Below are positions 52,141 to 62,239 of a stretch of 64,000 nt of DNA, in pieces. The DNA lies in assembly GCA_965198175.1 (NCBI GenBank), contig OZ240245.1, positions 1,376,001 through 1,440,000 of the forward strand, given 5' to 3'. Each line of letters starts with the position of its first letter. The stretch's first letter is position 1. The position numbers were made by a program, and so were the translations under genes. The notes under the pieces are model-generated. The model had not been told where the DNA came from. It ran no database searches and was given only the letters and a program-made list of their open reading frames with translations. Source of the DNA: Candidatus Poribacteria bacterium (GTDB lineage Bacteria > Poribacteria > WGA-4E > PCPOR2b).

Positions 52141-52314
52141 TTAGTTTTAATTTTGAATAAGACTATTTTCCTTGCCGCGCGTTCGCCCCGCGTTTCTCGA
52201 TGGAAACGGTTGTTCCGAAATGATAGACGGCGTTGGGGTAAGCGGAATATCAGCATGACAAACTTGATGATTCTGTGTTCGATATTGGTAACGAGCCAAA
52301 AGGAGGTTATTCCA

Positions 52315-53760
52315 ATGATTAACGCTCTCGAAAACACCCATCTACAGCGGCAGCAGATGGCTGCCGACCCCTACCGCCCCTTATATCACTTCCTACCTCC
52401 GGCAAACTGGATGAACGACCCGAACGGAGCAATCTTTTGGAAAGGTGAGTATCACCTCTTCTATCAATATAACCCCAACGGCGCGTTCCACGGCACAATT
52501 CACTGGGGGCACGCGGTCAGCGGGGATCTCGTGCATTGGACGGACTTGCCGATTGCATTGGCGCCAACGCCAGGCGGTCCGGACCGGGAGGGTTGCTATA
52601 GCGGCGGCGCAGTTGTTAATAACGGGGTGCCAACGCTTATTTACTTCGGCAACCCTGATGGGAATTGCATTGCTACAAGCAGCGACGACCTGCTCACATG
52701 GCAGAAGTCCGCCGACAATCCGGTTATCCCGCAGTCTGTGCCCGGCGAGGAATGGCGGGCGTTTGATCCGTGTGCATGGAGAGCAGGTGATACCTGGTAT
52801 TCGCTTGCAGGAGGGAAGCTCGACGATATCGGGGACACAGCGTTTCTGTTTCAGTCGCCGGACATGATCAATTGGCAATACATGCACCCATTTTATGAAA
52901 CTTTGGAGGAAAAGGAACCAGAATCGGATTGCGCCGTTCCCGATTTCTTCCCATTGGGGGACAAACACGTGCTCCTTTTTGCAAGCCACGAGCGCGGCGT
53001 CCAATATTATATCGGCGCTTACGCCAATCACAAGTTCTATCCTGAGCATCACGGCAGAATGAACTTCGGTGAATTCGGCGGGAACAGTGGTCACCTCTGC
53101 GCGAGCATCACCTTGGCGGACGGCAAAGGTCGCCGCATCTTCTTCGGCTGGATCTCGGAGGGGCGCAGCGAGGAGGTGCAGCGCGCTTCCGGTTGGGCAG
53201 GGGTGATGTGTACCCCGCGGGTGTTGTCTCTCTCTGATGACAATACGCTGCGCATCGAGCCCGTCCCGGAATTAGAAACGCTGCGCCGCAATCACCGTCG
53301 GCTCACAAGCCTGCACATCAGCGGTAATCGTTCTGTGCCGCTTGAAAGTATTTCGGGAGCATGCCTCGAACTCGCCGCTACGCTCGAACCGGGCGACGCC
53401 GAGGAATTCGGCATCAAGGTCCGCTGCTCGCCCGACGGCGACGAACAGACAGTCATCGCCTACAACCATAGGGATAAATGTCTGGTTCTGGATGCGGGAC
53501 AGTCGAGCTTAAGCCCCGATGTGGTGGGCCGCGGCGTACAGCGCGCGCCCCACGAGTTGGATGACGGCGAACTGCTGCAGTTGCGCATCTTCTTAGACCG
53601 TTCTATCGTTGAGGTCTTCGCGAACAGCCGGTTGTGTCTCACAAAACGAATCTATCCATCGCGCGAGAACAGCCTCGGCGTAGAATTTTTCGTTCGAGGC
53701 GGGGGCGCAATCCTAAAGTCGATAGATGCTTGGCAGATGGCGGCAATCTGGGAGCATTGA
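52315..53760 (+). CDS. Glycoside hydrolase family 32 with atypical active-site motifs
   Basis: WMNDPNG, HWGHA, YSG, PR.L and DRSIVEVF. Confidence 0.9.
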   Translation: MINALENTHLQRQQMAADPYRPLYHFLPPANWMNDPNGAIFWKGEYHLFYQYNPNGAFHGTIHWGHAVSGDLVHWTDLPIALAPTPGGPDREGCYSGGAVVNNGVPTLIYFGNPDGNCIATSSDDLLTWQKSADNPVIPQSVPGEEWRAFDPCAWRAGDTWYSLAGGKLDDIGDTAFLFQSPDMINWQYMHPFYETLEEKEPESDCAVPDFFPLGDKHVLLFASHERGVQYYIGAYANHKFYPEHHGRMNFGEFGGNSGHLCASITLADGKGRRIFFGWISEGRSEEVQRASGWAGVMCTPRVLSLSDDNTLRIEPVPELETLRRNHRRLTSLHISGNRSVPLESISGACLELAATLEPGDAEEFGIKVRCSPDGDEQTVIAYNHRDKCLVLDAGQSSLSPDVVGRGVQRAPHELDDGELLQLRIFLDRSIVEVFANSRLCLTKRIYPSRENSLGVEFFVRGGGAILKSIDAWQMAAIWEH

Positions 53761-53808
53761 GCCCGTTAGTTTACTGAATTGACCCAATTTTGGAGAGAGA
53801 GGTAAATG

Positions 53809-54098
53809 ATGACAAAGACAGCAGTAATTGCCGGTGTCGGCGATCAACCGAACGAATAGTGAGGGCGATAGTCTTATCGGAACACCGAATAACTTCCTAT
53901 GAATAATCAGTATTGCAAAAGGAGGGAGGAGATTAGAATGACAAAGACAGCAGTAATTGCCGGTGTCGGCGATCAACCGAACGAATAGTGAGGGCGATAG
54001 TCTTATCGGAACACCGAATAACTTCCTATGAATAACCAGTATTGCAAAAGGAGGGAGGAGATTACCATGACAAAGACAGCAGTAATTGCCGGTGTCGG
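53809..54098 (+). repeat. 129-bp tandem repeat (two full copies plus 32 bp) containing the SDR start and a REP-loop module
   Basis: ATGACAAAGACAGCAGTAATTGCCGGTGTCGG at 53809, 53938 and 54067. Confidence 0.95.
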
Positions 54099-54783
54099 TG
54101 CCGGATTAGGCGCGTCGCTGGCTAAGAAATTCGCGCAGGAAGGTTGCCGAGTGGCGCTGATCGCGCGTTCGCGCAATTACATTGATACACTGGCTGCGGA
54201 ACTTCGGGAAGCAGGGACTATGAGTCTCGCGCTGCCCACGGACATTACGGACCCGCGCCAAATTGCGGGCAGCTTTTCGGCGGTGCGTGAGGCGTTGGGA
54301 CCGATAGATATCTTGGTCAACCACGCCGGAACTGCGGCGTGGGGCGATTTTTCTGAGTTGACACCCGAGGCGTTTGAGCATTCTTGGCGCGTCTGCGCGT
54401 TAGGGGCGTTTCTGTGCTCCCAGGAAGCGGTTCCCGATATGATAGATCGGGGCGGCGGCACCATCCTCTTTACCGGCGCTACATCGGCGATCCGCGGTCG
54501 AGCGGGGGCAATCGCTTTTAGCAGCGCGAAGTTTGCCGTGCGCGGTCTGGCGTGGGCGCTCGCACGCGAGGTCGGTCCCAAAGGGATTCATGTCGCGCAT
54601 ATCATCGTTGACGGTATCATTGACACGCCGGATGTGCGTGCCCGATACGAACTGGACGACGATGAGTCGACCCTAGATCCGGACGACATAGCCGAGACGT
54701 ATTGGAGTCTTGTGCAGCAGCCGCGCAGTTCGTGGACCTTCGAGTTGGATGTTCGTCCGCATAACGAGGAGTTCTTTACGTAG
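54067..54783 (+). CDS. Short-chain dehydrogenase/reductase
   Basis: GVGAGLG, VNHAG, FTGATS, FSSAK and HVAHIIVDG. Confidence 0.93.
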   Translation: MTKTAVIAGVGAGLGASLAKKFAQEGCRVALIARSRNYIDTLAAELREAGTMSLALPTDITDPRQIAGSFSAVREALGPIDILVNHAGTAAWGDFSELTPEAFEHSWRVCALGAFLCSQEAVPDMIDRGGGTILFTGATSAIRGRAGAIAFSSAKFAVRGLAWALAREVGPKGIHVAHIIVDGIIDTPDVRARYELDDDESTLDPDDIAETYWSLVQQPRSSWTFELDVRPHNEEFFT

Positions 54784-54802
54784 TTTTCGTAGGTGTGTTC
54801 GG

Positions 54803-55315
54803 TCAGAACCGCCCTAACGGAAATGTGCCGGGCATTACATCTAAGCCTTGGTAGCGATTCCGTTTAATCATCGACGGGAGTCTCAGGTTTGGCAATTTGA
54901 TCTCGGCGAGCCGACGGTTCTGTTCGGGCGTGAGCGCCGCTTTAATTTCATTGAGGAGCCCCCCAATCTCCTTGAGATAGGCGTTGCGTTGTGTAATGAA
55001 CTCCCTAATCTTTGTTCTCAGCGTGTTTCGTGCGCGCGCCGACTGCCGATACCTTCTCCGATCACCTTCGTACGGGCTTAGTTGGTCCATCCGTGCTTCA
55101 CTGCGATAGCCGTGATAGTGCGACTCTAGCACATCCTTGTCAAATTCGTAGTCCTCGACGATGTCCCGAATGATGGAGATTTTGGAGGTAATCGGCTCCT
55201 GCTGTTCCGGAGAGAGGTTCAACGCGGCTGTGGATTTCGGGATGTCGAGTAACTTTACCCCGCCGCAGGCGGAGGTTAATGCGACGTAGAAGAGGATGAT
55301 GATGATCCGTATCAT
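54803..55315 (-). CDS. Hypothetical helical lipoprotein
   Basis: Lipobox TSAC; LSPEQ and LTPEQ motifs (Spy/CpxP-like); AAGGA RBS. Confidence 0.65.
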   Translation of the reverse strand: MIRIIIILFYVALTSACGGVKLLDIPKSTAALNLSPEQQEPITSKISIIRDIVEDYEFDKDVLESHYHGYRSEARMDQLSPYEGDRRRYRQSARARNTLRTKIREFITQRNAYLKEIGGLLNEIKAALTPEQNRRLAEIKLPNLRLPSMIKRNRYQGLDVMPGTFPLGRF

Positions 55316-55727
55316 ACTTCTTTCCTTAGTTGTTGAAAGAGACCTACGCAAAACGTCGCTTGATCGCCGCTGTTGTGATGGTGTTCGGCATTTTTTTGAT
55401 TGCCAATTTTTAATTATTCCTTGCGGTTCGATTAGGTGAATTGGTTTAATAACCTTATTTGCCGTGGACCCGCCTGCGCCGTTGTTGCAGGCTACACTTA
55501 CGGATAAACCCGCACAATCTGAATGATGTTTCAATAAAAATTCCGGTAATTCTACGAAAGATACGGTTCATTCAAGAAATCCATAATCCGCGAAATCTGT
55601 GTAATCCATATAATCCGTGATTCAGACAATTTCCCAGAAACCCGCATTCTGCGTAAGCCTATAGCGGCTTGCGGGACAATGCGAAGCAAACGGACACAGC
55701 AGCCCAAGCTTACATAATTAAAGAACC

Positions 55728-56702
55728 TCAACCGAAGGAGACACCTAATTTGACGCTCCGTTCAGGATGATTGTCCATCTCTATATAGGCTTCGACTGAA
55801 TCTTCAAACGGCACCACCGGATCAACGACGCCTTCACAATCAAATCTACCTTCAACAAGCCACTTCCAGCAGGTATCAACGATACGTCCGAAATCCCAGC
55901 GCGGATGATCGCGGTTCGGATCGCTGTTGGCACGCGCAAAGATGATGTTCGGGATGTTGACATGCGCGACAGCACCGAAGTCAAGCCCGCCCGTACACGC
56001 TTTTGCGCGTCCAGCGTAGACGATTGTTCCTTCAAAAGTGACACTGCGAATTGCATCATCAAGGGCTTCGTACACTGCACTTGTTTCTACAGCCACATCA
56101 ACGCCAAGCCCGCCAGTCGCTTCTTTGAGCACCTCGCCGGTATTAGAGGCAGTGGGATCGATAACAAGCTCCGCTCCCGTCTTTTCAGCGACCTTCCGCC
56201 GTCTTTCGAGTGGGTCTACGGCAGCGACGAAGTCAGCCCCTGCGATCCGTGCCATTTGCACCGTCATCAACCCAATGGCACCAAGCCCAAAGACAGCCAC
56301 CCGCTCACCAACGCGTACCTTTCCATCGCGAATTGCGGACATTGCAAAGTGGGCTGGATCATAGCAGACCGCTTCCTTCCACGTCATACTCTCAGGCATC
56401 CTGAGGACACCAGCCGCACGCCATGTATGCGTCTCCCTGAGGTGCCCGTGACTGGCGACGCGTTCCCCAATCCCGAAACCCTCAACCTCTTCCCCGATTT
56501 CAACAACTTTTCCGACGCACATATTTCCAAGTCCCATCGGAAAAGTTTCGCTGTCATATCCGTAATACGCTGTCAGTTCTGTACCACGCTTGGGCGCGCC
56601 GAATTCGACTTGAACCCGGACACTATCCGCGGGGACGGAACCATCTTCGTACTCTCTCAAGACGGGCTGCCGAGGGGCAACCGCGACCAATTCCCTTGGC
56701 AT
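55728..56702 (-). CDS. Zinc-binding dehydrogenase (MDR superfamily)
   Basis: GTEL, VFGLGAIG and GVDVAVE. Confidence 0.88.
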   Translation of the reverse strand: MPRELVAVAPRQPVLREYEDGSVPADSVRVQVEFGAPKRGTELTAYYGYDSETFPMGLGNMCVGKVVEIGEEVEGFGIGERVASHGHLRETHTWRAAGVLRMPESMTWKEAVCYDPAHFAMSAIRDGKVRVGERVAVFGLGAIGLMTVQMARIAGADFVAAVDPLERRRKVAEKTGAELVIDPTASNTGEVLKEATGGLGVDVAVETSAVYEALDDAIRSVTFEGTIVYAGRAKACTGGLDFGAVAHVNIPNIIFARANSDPNRDHPRWDFGRIVDTCWKWLVEGRFDCEGVVDPVVPFEDSVEAYIEMDNHPERSVKLGVSFG

Positions 56703-56742
56703 CTTTTTCTCCTTAAAGTAGTAGGTATACTACAAAAGCTAT

Positions 56743-56794
56743 GAAGAACTATCGCAGTCGCTATCCGCTCCCTTGATCGCTCAACCCAACCTAC
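56743..56794. repeat. REP half-element
   Basis: CTATCGCAGTCGCTATCCGCTCCCTTGATCGCTCAACCCAACCTAC. Confidence 0.85.
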
Positions 56795-56795
56795 A

Positions 56796-57608
56796 TCAAT
56801 TTGATGCACCTGCCTTCAGGTTACCCCACGTGGTGCTGAGCTTTCCGTGCGGTTGAACGGCGAGAAATCCTCTCAAACCGCCGTCGAAGTGGGCTTCGAC
56901 CTCATCTTTGCTCAAGGCGCGTTTAATGATGAGGACTTCGTCGAGCATACCGTTGAAAAAGAACGGACCTTCCGACCAACCGATGTTTAGCGCGTGGTCA
57001 ATCTCTTCAGGGATGTTTACCTTGTCATCAACATCTCCAAACGGTTTCCCGTCCAGATAATAGGTGTATTTTCTGCCTTCCTTAACAAGAAGCATCTGAT
57101 ACCACTGCTTTAACTTCGGATCCCACGCGTCGGAATCGACCCAAGCGACGCCTGCGCCGCCGACGCTATTGATGTGGAAGTCGACGCCGTTTCCGGAATA
57201 CCACCAAATCCACTTGTTTGTGGAACCGCCGCCCTCATCGTGTCCGAGGAGGGTGAAGCCTGCAGAACCTCGGTTGCCCTTCGGCGGATCTTCCTCGAAG
57301 TACAGCCATAGTCCGATGGTGAAGTCGGTTTTGTGCAGGCTGAGGCTGTCGTCGTTCTCAACCTCGACCTGGTTCGTTCCGTCGAGCCTAATCGCTTGCC
57401 CGAACTTTCCCTTTTCACGTTTCGCCTTCTGTTGCAGTATGCCGTCGTTGCCGTGCGGGGACACGTCCTTGGCGACGTCTCCCCCCTTTTCTTCGTCAAA
57501 CGAGATGGCGAGGACGACATCCTTGTCCACTTCGAGTGCCGCCGTATCGCCAAGCGCGAACGCGAGCGCCAAAGCGAGGATTAATGCAATGGAAATCGAG
57601 TATCTCAT
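56796..57608 (-). CDS. Secreted LamG-like jellyroll protein
   Basis: SFDE..G..AKD.S.HGNDG and FNGMLDEV; tail AVQPHGKLSTTWGNLK. Confidence 0.88.
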   Translation of the reverse strand: MRYSISIALILALALAFALGDTAALEVDKDVVLAISFDEEKGGDVAKDVSPHGNDGILQQKAKREKGKFGQAIRLDGTNQVEVENDDSLSLHKTDFTIGLWLYFEEDPPKGNRGSAGFTLLGHDEGGGSTNKWIWWYSGNGVDFHINSVGGAGVAWVDSDAWDPKLKQWYQMLLVKEGRKYTYYLDGKPFGDVDDKVNIPEEIDHALNIGWSEGPFFFNGMLDEVLIIKRALSKDEVEAHFDGGLRGFLAVQPHGKLSTTWGNLKAGASN

Positions 57609-57656
57609 TTTTGTTCTCCTTATTGGGTTTTAAGTTTAAGCCACATTATTATATAC

Positions 57657-57742
57657 GATCCACTGAGCGGATAGATCGAGCGAACGAATAGTGAGTGCGA
57701 TAGTTTTCCCTGCGCCACAGTCTTCTCCGAAACCCAACGTTA
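57657..57742. repeat. Degenerate REP/loop-module remnant
   Basis: GATCGAGCGAACGAATAGTGAGTGCGATAGTT...GTCTTCTCCGAAACCCAACGTT. Confidence 0.7.
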
Positions 57743-57820
57743 TTGAAACGTCCGGACAGCCAGATACGATATACAATCCACAATCCACATTCCGCATTAT
57801 ACCTTGATATATATTATACC

Positions 57821-58810
57821 TTATATATATCGTATCGGGATACCTATTTTTCCGACGCAGGCGCCGGTGGCGACCATTGGGTATCCGGGGTGTGACCAAA
57901 AAATACCGCTCTCTGGGGCGCGGACGGTCTCCTGTGGGTGACCGAAAGCGTCGCAAATCTCGGCGATGGGTTGATAGACCTCGACGCTGTCGTATAGGTT
58001 CGCTTTATAGTGGATGAACCCGCCGCGATTGCTCAAGAGCGTGACGAACCGATCGATGACCACCTGCTGGTCAGGAATCTCCGGCTCGCCGTCAACGAAC
58101 CCGTAATATTTGAGCACATTGAGCACACCTCGCACGCCTTTTTCGATGCTGATCGGGTTCCAACCGTGGCATCCGCCGAGCTCCGGATCGATCGTCGGGA
58201 CGCCCACCTCCGGCGCGGCTTGCGCCAGTTGTCCCTTCGGACCCTTCTGATCGAAGATGTAGCCTATCCCGAACACGCGGGCTAACGCCAAGCACGCCTC
58301 GTGCTGCGGGTGCTTCCCCGATACGCGCACTCTGACCTCATCGATCATCGGATCAATCCCGCATTGATGCAAATCGATGCAGTAGTCCGCCTGCTGGACG
58401 AGGTCGTTAAAGAGTCGGTAGGCGATGCGTTCGCTCGATGTGCCTTCGGGCTTTCCCGGGAAGCATCGGTTCATCTTCATCTGATCGACGGGGCTATGGG
58501 CTTGTTTGGCGTGAAAAGCGTGGAAGTTGACGATTGGGACAGCGATGATTCGACCGTGTAGGGACGCCGGGGAAACCTGGCGCAGCACCTCGTGGACGAC
58601 GGCGATGCCGTTCAGTTCGTCGCCGTCGCTGATGGATTGGAGGTAAAGCGTCTGTTTGCCGCAGGTTCCGTTGATGAGCACGACAGGCAATCGGACGGGG
58701 GTGCCGTCGGGCATCGATCCGACGGTAAGGTAATCTTCAACCCGTTCGCCCGGTTTTGCGACGAGTGATCCAACGGTGAGGCGGTTGTTGTTTATCCACA
58801 TTTTGTGCAC
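57821..58810 (-). CDS. Succinylglutamate desuccinylase/aspartoacylase (M14-like) family protein
   Basis: DGDELNG, MNRCFPG, IDLH and PELGG. Confidence 0.88.
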   Translation of the reverse strand: MHKMWINNNRLTVGSLVAKPGERVEDYLTVGSMPDGTPVRLPVVLINGTCGKQTLYLQSISDGDELNGIAVVHEVLRQVSPASLHGRIIAVPIVNFHAFHAKQAHSPVDQMKMNRCFPGKPEGTSSERIAYRLFNDLVQQADYCIDLHQCGIDPMIDEVRVRVSGKHPQHEACLALARVFGIGYIFDQKGPKGQLAQAAPEVGVPTIDPELGGCHGWNPISIEKGVRGVLNVLKYYGFVDGEPEIPDQQVVIDRFVTLLSNRGGFIHYKANLYDSVEVYQPIAEICDAFGHPQETVRAPESGIFWSHPGYPMVATGACVGKIGIPIRYI

Positions 58811-58841
58811 ATAGGTTGTGTATCACGATTTGGTTGTTTTT

Positions 58842-58875
58842 GTAGGTTGGGTTTCGCCGTTGGTTCAACCCAACC
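58842..58875. repeat. Compact REP hairpin overlapping the methyltransferase stop
   Basis: GTAGGTTGGGTT-13 nt-AACCCAACC. Confidence 0.8.
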
Positions 58876-59542
58876 GGCAACCCACCACGACCGCCATCGG
58901 TCCCTGCTGCCAGACGCACTCGGCGTCGAACCCGGCGGCGCGGGCGGCTTCGAGTTCCTCCTCAAGCGGGAAGTAGGTGTCTTCCTCACCCCATTGCGCG
59001 AAATACTCGCGTGCACGCGGCTCATCGATTCCATGCGCGACCATATGGTCAATCCAACTTCGCCACGTTGCCTCGCGTTCAGGGGGCGCCGCTGGCATCG
59101 CCGCGTCGGCATTGACGAAGACGCCGCCTGATCGGAGTGCGTCGTGGATCCGCCGATAGAGCGCACGCTTCGCGTCCATAGTCCGCACATGATGGAGCGC
59201 TAACGATGCCACGACAGCGTCGCACGGCGGCAGCGGCGTGTTGAACGACGACTCGGTGAATCGCACCCGTCCGCCAAACCGATCGAGCCGCGTCCGTGCT
59301 TGTGCCAGCATCTCGCGGTCAACGTCGATGAGCTCCACAGTGACGGTGTCGCACGCGGAAAGTATCGCCTCAGACAGCGCGCCGGTTCCCCCGCCGAGGT
59401 CGAGGGTTAAGCCCGGCGGCGTGCGGGTTATTTCGCGTGCAGCGGCGGCGAGCATCGTCTCGTAGCCCGGAATGAAGCGGCGAATCGTGTCGTCGTAGGT
59501 GCGGATTTCAATGCCGAGATGTCGGTGTACGGAATGGTTCAT
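58865..59542 (-). CDS. Class I SAM-dependent methyltransferase
   Basis: LDLGGGTG, SLALHH and L..GGVFVNAD. Confidence 0.9.
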   Translation of the reverse strand: MNHSVHRHLGIEIRTYDDTIRRFIPGYETMLAAAAREITRTPPGLTLDLGGGTGALSEAILSACDTVTVELIDVDREMLAQARTRLDRFGGRVRFTESSFNTPLPPCDAVVASLALHHVRTMDAKRALYRRIHDALRSGGVFVNADAAMPAAPPEREATWRSWIDHMVAHGIDEPRAREYFAQWGEEDTYFPLEEELEAARAAGFDAECVWQQGPMAVVVGCRLG

Positions 59543-59681
59543 GGGTTTGGGGGGTTGGGTTTCGCCGCGAGCAGGAGTTTTATCACGGTAAAATAATCGG
59601 AACAGCCAAAACTCCCACACCCCGTGTTAAGAAGTGTGATTGGGCGGTGTGAATGGAATGATATTTTTCGGCAGCGAGAGT

Positions 59682-59965
59682 CTAGCCTAATCGCCTTCCC
59701 CTTGCTTTGTCGAGGGTCTCAAGTGCGATTCGCGTAGCATCGTTGTTGCCGTCTTTAAGATATTCTTCCAAAGCGGCTTCGAGATAAAGAAGTGCTTCTT
59801 CAGGATCCGAAGATAGTTTATCAATTAGGTAATCGCTATAATCTCTCGCTTGACTTTTCACAGTGCCATCATCCCCCATTGTTTTGAATCCAGCGAATTT
59901 AGCGATTTTATAAATGGTTCTTGTCCGTCGGGAGTACGATAAATGTGTATGCGTTTGCGTATCAT
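59682..59965 (-). pseudogene. Decayed HigBA-like addiction module (toxin 5' stub + antitoxin lacking its HTH)
   Basis: MIRKRIHIYRTPDGQEPF stub, followed by 'DYLIDKL..DPEEA..YLEAALEE....ALETL.KARG'. Confidence 0.65.
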
Positions 59966-60179
59966 GAGCACAATACGATTAGCATGATATGCGGTATATT
60001 ATGCCATATTATAAGGACACATATCAACGAAAAACCAAAAGCCAAAATCGTGGGGCGTGCGGGGTCTGTTTTCGTAGGTTGGGTTCTCTAATTTAAGTTG
60101 ACATTGTAACAAATCCAATGGTATAATCGCAACCGTAAGGCGAGCGGCAGTAGGATTTTTCGGATCGGAGGATTGACAA

Positions 60180-60542
60180 ATGGAGATGGTAGGTAATTAC
60201 ATACCCGTGGTTCTGATAGTTTTGGCCATATTCGCTGCCAATTGGCGAACGACAACGCAATATGGCGATCTAGCTATGAAGTATGGACATATTATGGCGA
60301 ATATGGCGACTAAAGAAGATATTCAGGATATGAAAAATGAAGTCAAGGACATGAAAAATGACGTCAAGGCTTTGGACGACCGAATAAATCGTTTTGAAAC
60401 CCATGTGAATCAACAGTTTGCCGAAATTAGAGGCGAAATCAACAACCTAAAACGGGATGTTAATGCGCTTCAACAGTCCTATATAAACCACTTGATCACG
60501 GAACACAACGTTAGACCCATGCAACCTAGCGAACAAGCCTGA
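60180..60542 (+). CDS. Hypothetical membrane-anchored coiled-coil protein
   Basis: TM segment, then ATKEDI and heptads DMKNEVKDMKNDVK; promoter TTGACA-18 nt-TATAAT at 60098-60127; GGAGG RBS. Confidence 0.75.
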   Translation: MEMVGNYIPVVLIVLAIFAANWRTTTQYGDLAMKYGHIMANMATKEDIQDMKNEVKDMKNDVKALDDRINRFETHVNQQFAEIRGEINNLKRDVNALQQSYINHLITEHNVRPMQPSEQA

Positions 60543-60569
60543 ACGCGAACTAACCTCCAATGAACATTC

Positions 60570-60599
60570 AGCCGTTGGTGTACGCCAACGGCTTTTTTT
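60570..60599 (+). terminator. Intrinsic terminator
   Basis: AGCCGTTGG-6 nt-CCAACGGCT followed by a T-run. Confidence 0.85.
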
Positions 60600-60687
60600 A
60601 TTTGTAGGTTCGGTTGAGCCGGTACAAGTAAATTTGGTTTACCGTAGGTTGGGTTGATCTCTACCCAACCTACAAAAGCTACATTAT

Positions 60688-61230
60688 TCATTCTTTGCCG
60701 ATTTTGGGGTTGATAGCGATCTTTGTTCCTGCACCCCAGGTCTCATCGTATACGCCGGCTTGGACGTAGCGGTGGAAACTGGAGTGTTCCCAATCCTTTG
60801 GGGCATCAGCCAAGCCGTGTTTGACGGGGTTGTAGTGAATATATTCAATATGTCTGTTGTAATCTCGAATGTCTTTGATTGTGTGTTCCCAGAATCTGCG
60901 TTGCCAGAATGCGCGCTCCTGTTTGGTTTTGCGTGATGTCGGAGCGGCACGTTCAAATGTGGTTTGGCAACGACGGCTGAAGTAGGTTTTGATTAACCGC
61001 CATCGGATTGAGAAGTCGTGGTCGTCGTCAGGCAGCGTCCAGATGGTGTGGAGGTGGTCGGGTAGCAGCACAAAGGCATCGACCTCCATTGGACGGCGTT
61101 GCATCGCGTAGCGGAGCGCTTGGCGTAGTAGTTGTACGTTGTCGGGGTGGCAGAGAAAGGGCCTACGATTGTGGGTAACGACGGTGAAGAAGTATGTTGC
61201 ACCATTGATTTTTGCACGGCGGTAGTTCAT
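60688..61230 (-). mobile_element. REP-associated tyrosine transposase (RAYT, IS200/Y1 HUH family), intact
   Basis: YFFTVVT, LPDHLHTIW (HUH), FWQRRFWEH, YIHYNPVKHGL and W.HSS; flanked by GTAG-REPs at 60604, 60643 and 61297. Confidence 0.93.
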
Positions 61231-61296
61231 GGGGTAACCATTATAGAAGTAAATGTAGGTTGTATTTCGCGGCGGCGAAGAATAATTCGATTTAGC

Positions 61297-62225
61297 GTAG
61301 GTTGGGTTGAGCGGTGATTATGAAATACGCGAAGTCATTTGTAAGCGATTCGTTATGTTTAGATTGATTGATATAAGGAAATGATGAAGCGTAACCCAAC
61401 GTTTTTTGTTAATTGGGATGTGTGTCGTTGGACGGTTGCGGTTTCAGGATTATGAAAAGCGTTGGGTTACGGAGAAGACTATCGCCCTCGCTATTCACTC
61501 AGTTGATCGCTCAACCCAACCTACAAAGGCTACAAAGGCAAGGTCATCGTTCAATTCTTGTAGGTTGGGTTGAGCGGTGATTATGAAATACGCGAAGTCA
61601 TTTGTAAGCGATTCGTTATGTTTAGATTGTTTAATATAAGGAAATGATGAAGCGTAACCCAACGTTTTTTGTTAATTGGGATGTGTGTCGTTGGACGGTT
61701 GCGGTTTCAGGATATGAAAAGAGTTGGGTTACGGAGAAGACTATCGCCCTCGCTATTCACTCAGTTGATCGCTCAACCCAACCTACAAAGGCTACAAAGG
61801 CAAGGTCATCGTTCAATTCTTGTAGGTTGGGTTGAGCGATCAACTGAGTGAATAGCGAAGGCGATAGTCTTACCCGAAACCCAACGTTTTTGAAACGTTC
61901 CGGCAACAGACCGGCGAATGGCAACACCAGAACGATCGGCACAAGAAAAGCCTAGGGCGCCGTTCGGGATTTGGAGCGCGGGGAAGACTATCGCCTTCGC
62001 TATTCGCTCAGTTGATCGTTGGGTTACGCTCCGTCCAGCGTATCTTGCGCGCGGTTAGCCGACAAAGCGAATCGTAATATTGGGCGTGTTTTGGAGAATC
62101 CGCTCAACCCAACCTACAAGAACTACCTCAGTTGATCTCTACCCAACCTACAAAAACTATCGCACTCACTATTCGTTCGCTTGATCCCTCGTTATTCACT
62201 CGGTTGATCGCTTAACCCAACCTAC
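61297..62225. repeat. REP array: ~263-bp tandem units (starts 61297, 61560, 61822) plus extra half-REPs
   Basis: Each unit reads GTAGGTTGGGTTGAGCG-insert-AACCCAAC...GTTGGGTTACG-insert-CGCTCAACCCAACCTAC; the third unit has different inserts. Confidence 0.95.
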
Positions 62226-62239
62226 AGGAGCTATCGCTT

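Noticed and set aside
61644..61942. Short ORFs in the REP arrays (also 63400-63615, 61132-61317, 60479-60691, 15692-15946)
   Set aside because: Translations of repeat DNA ('VGWVER', 'AQPNLQ').
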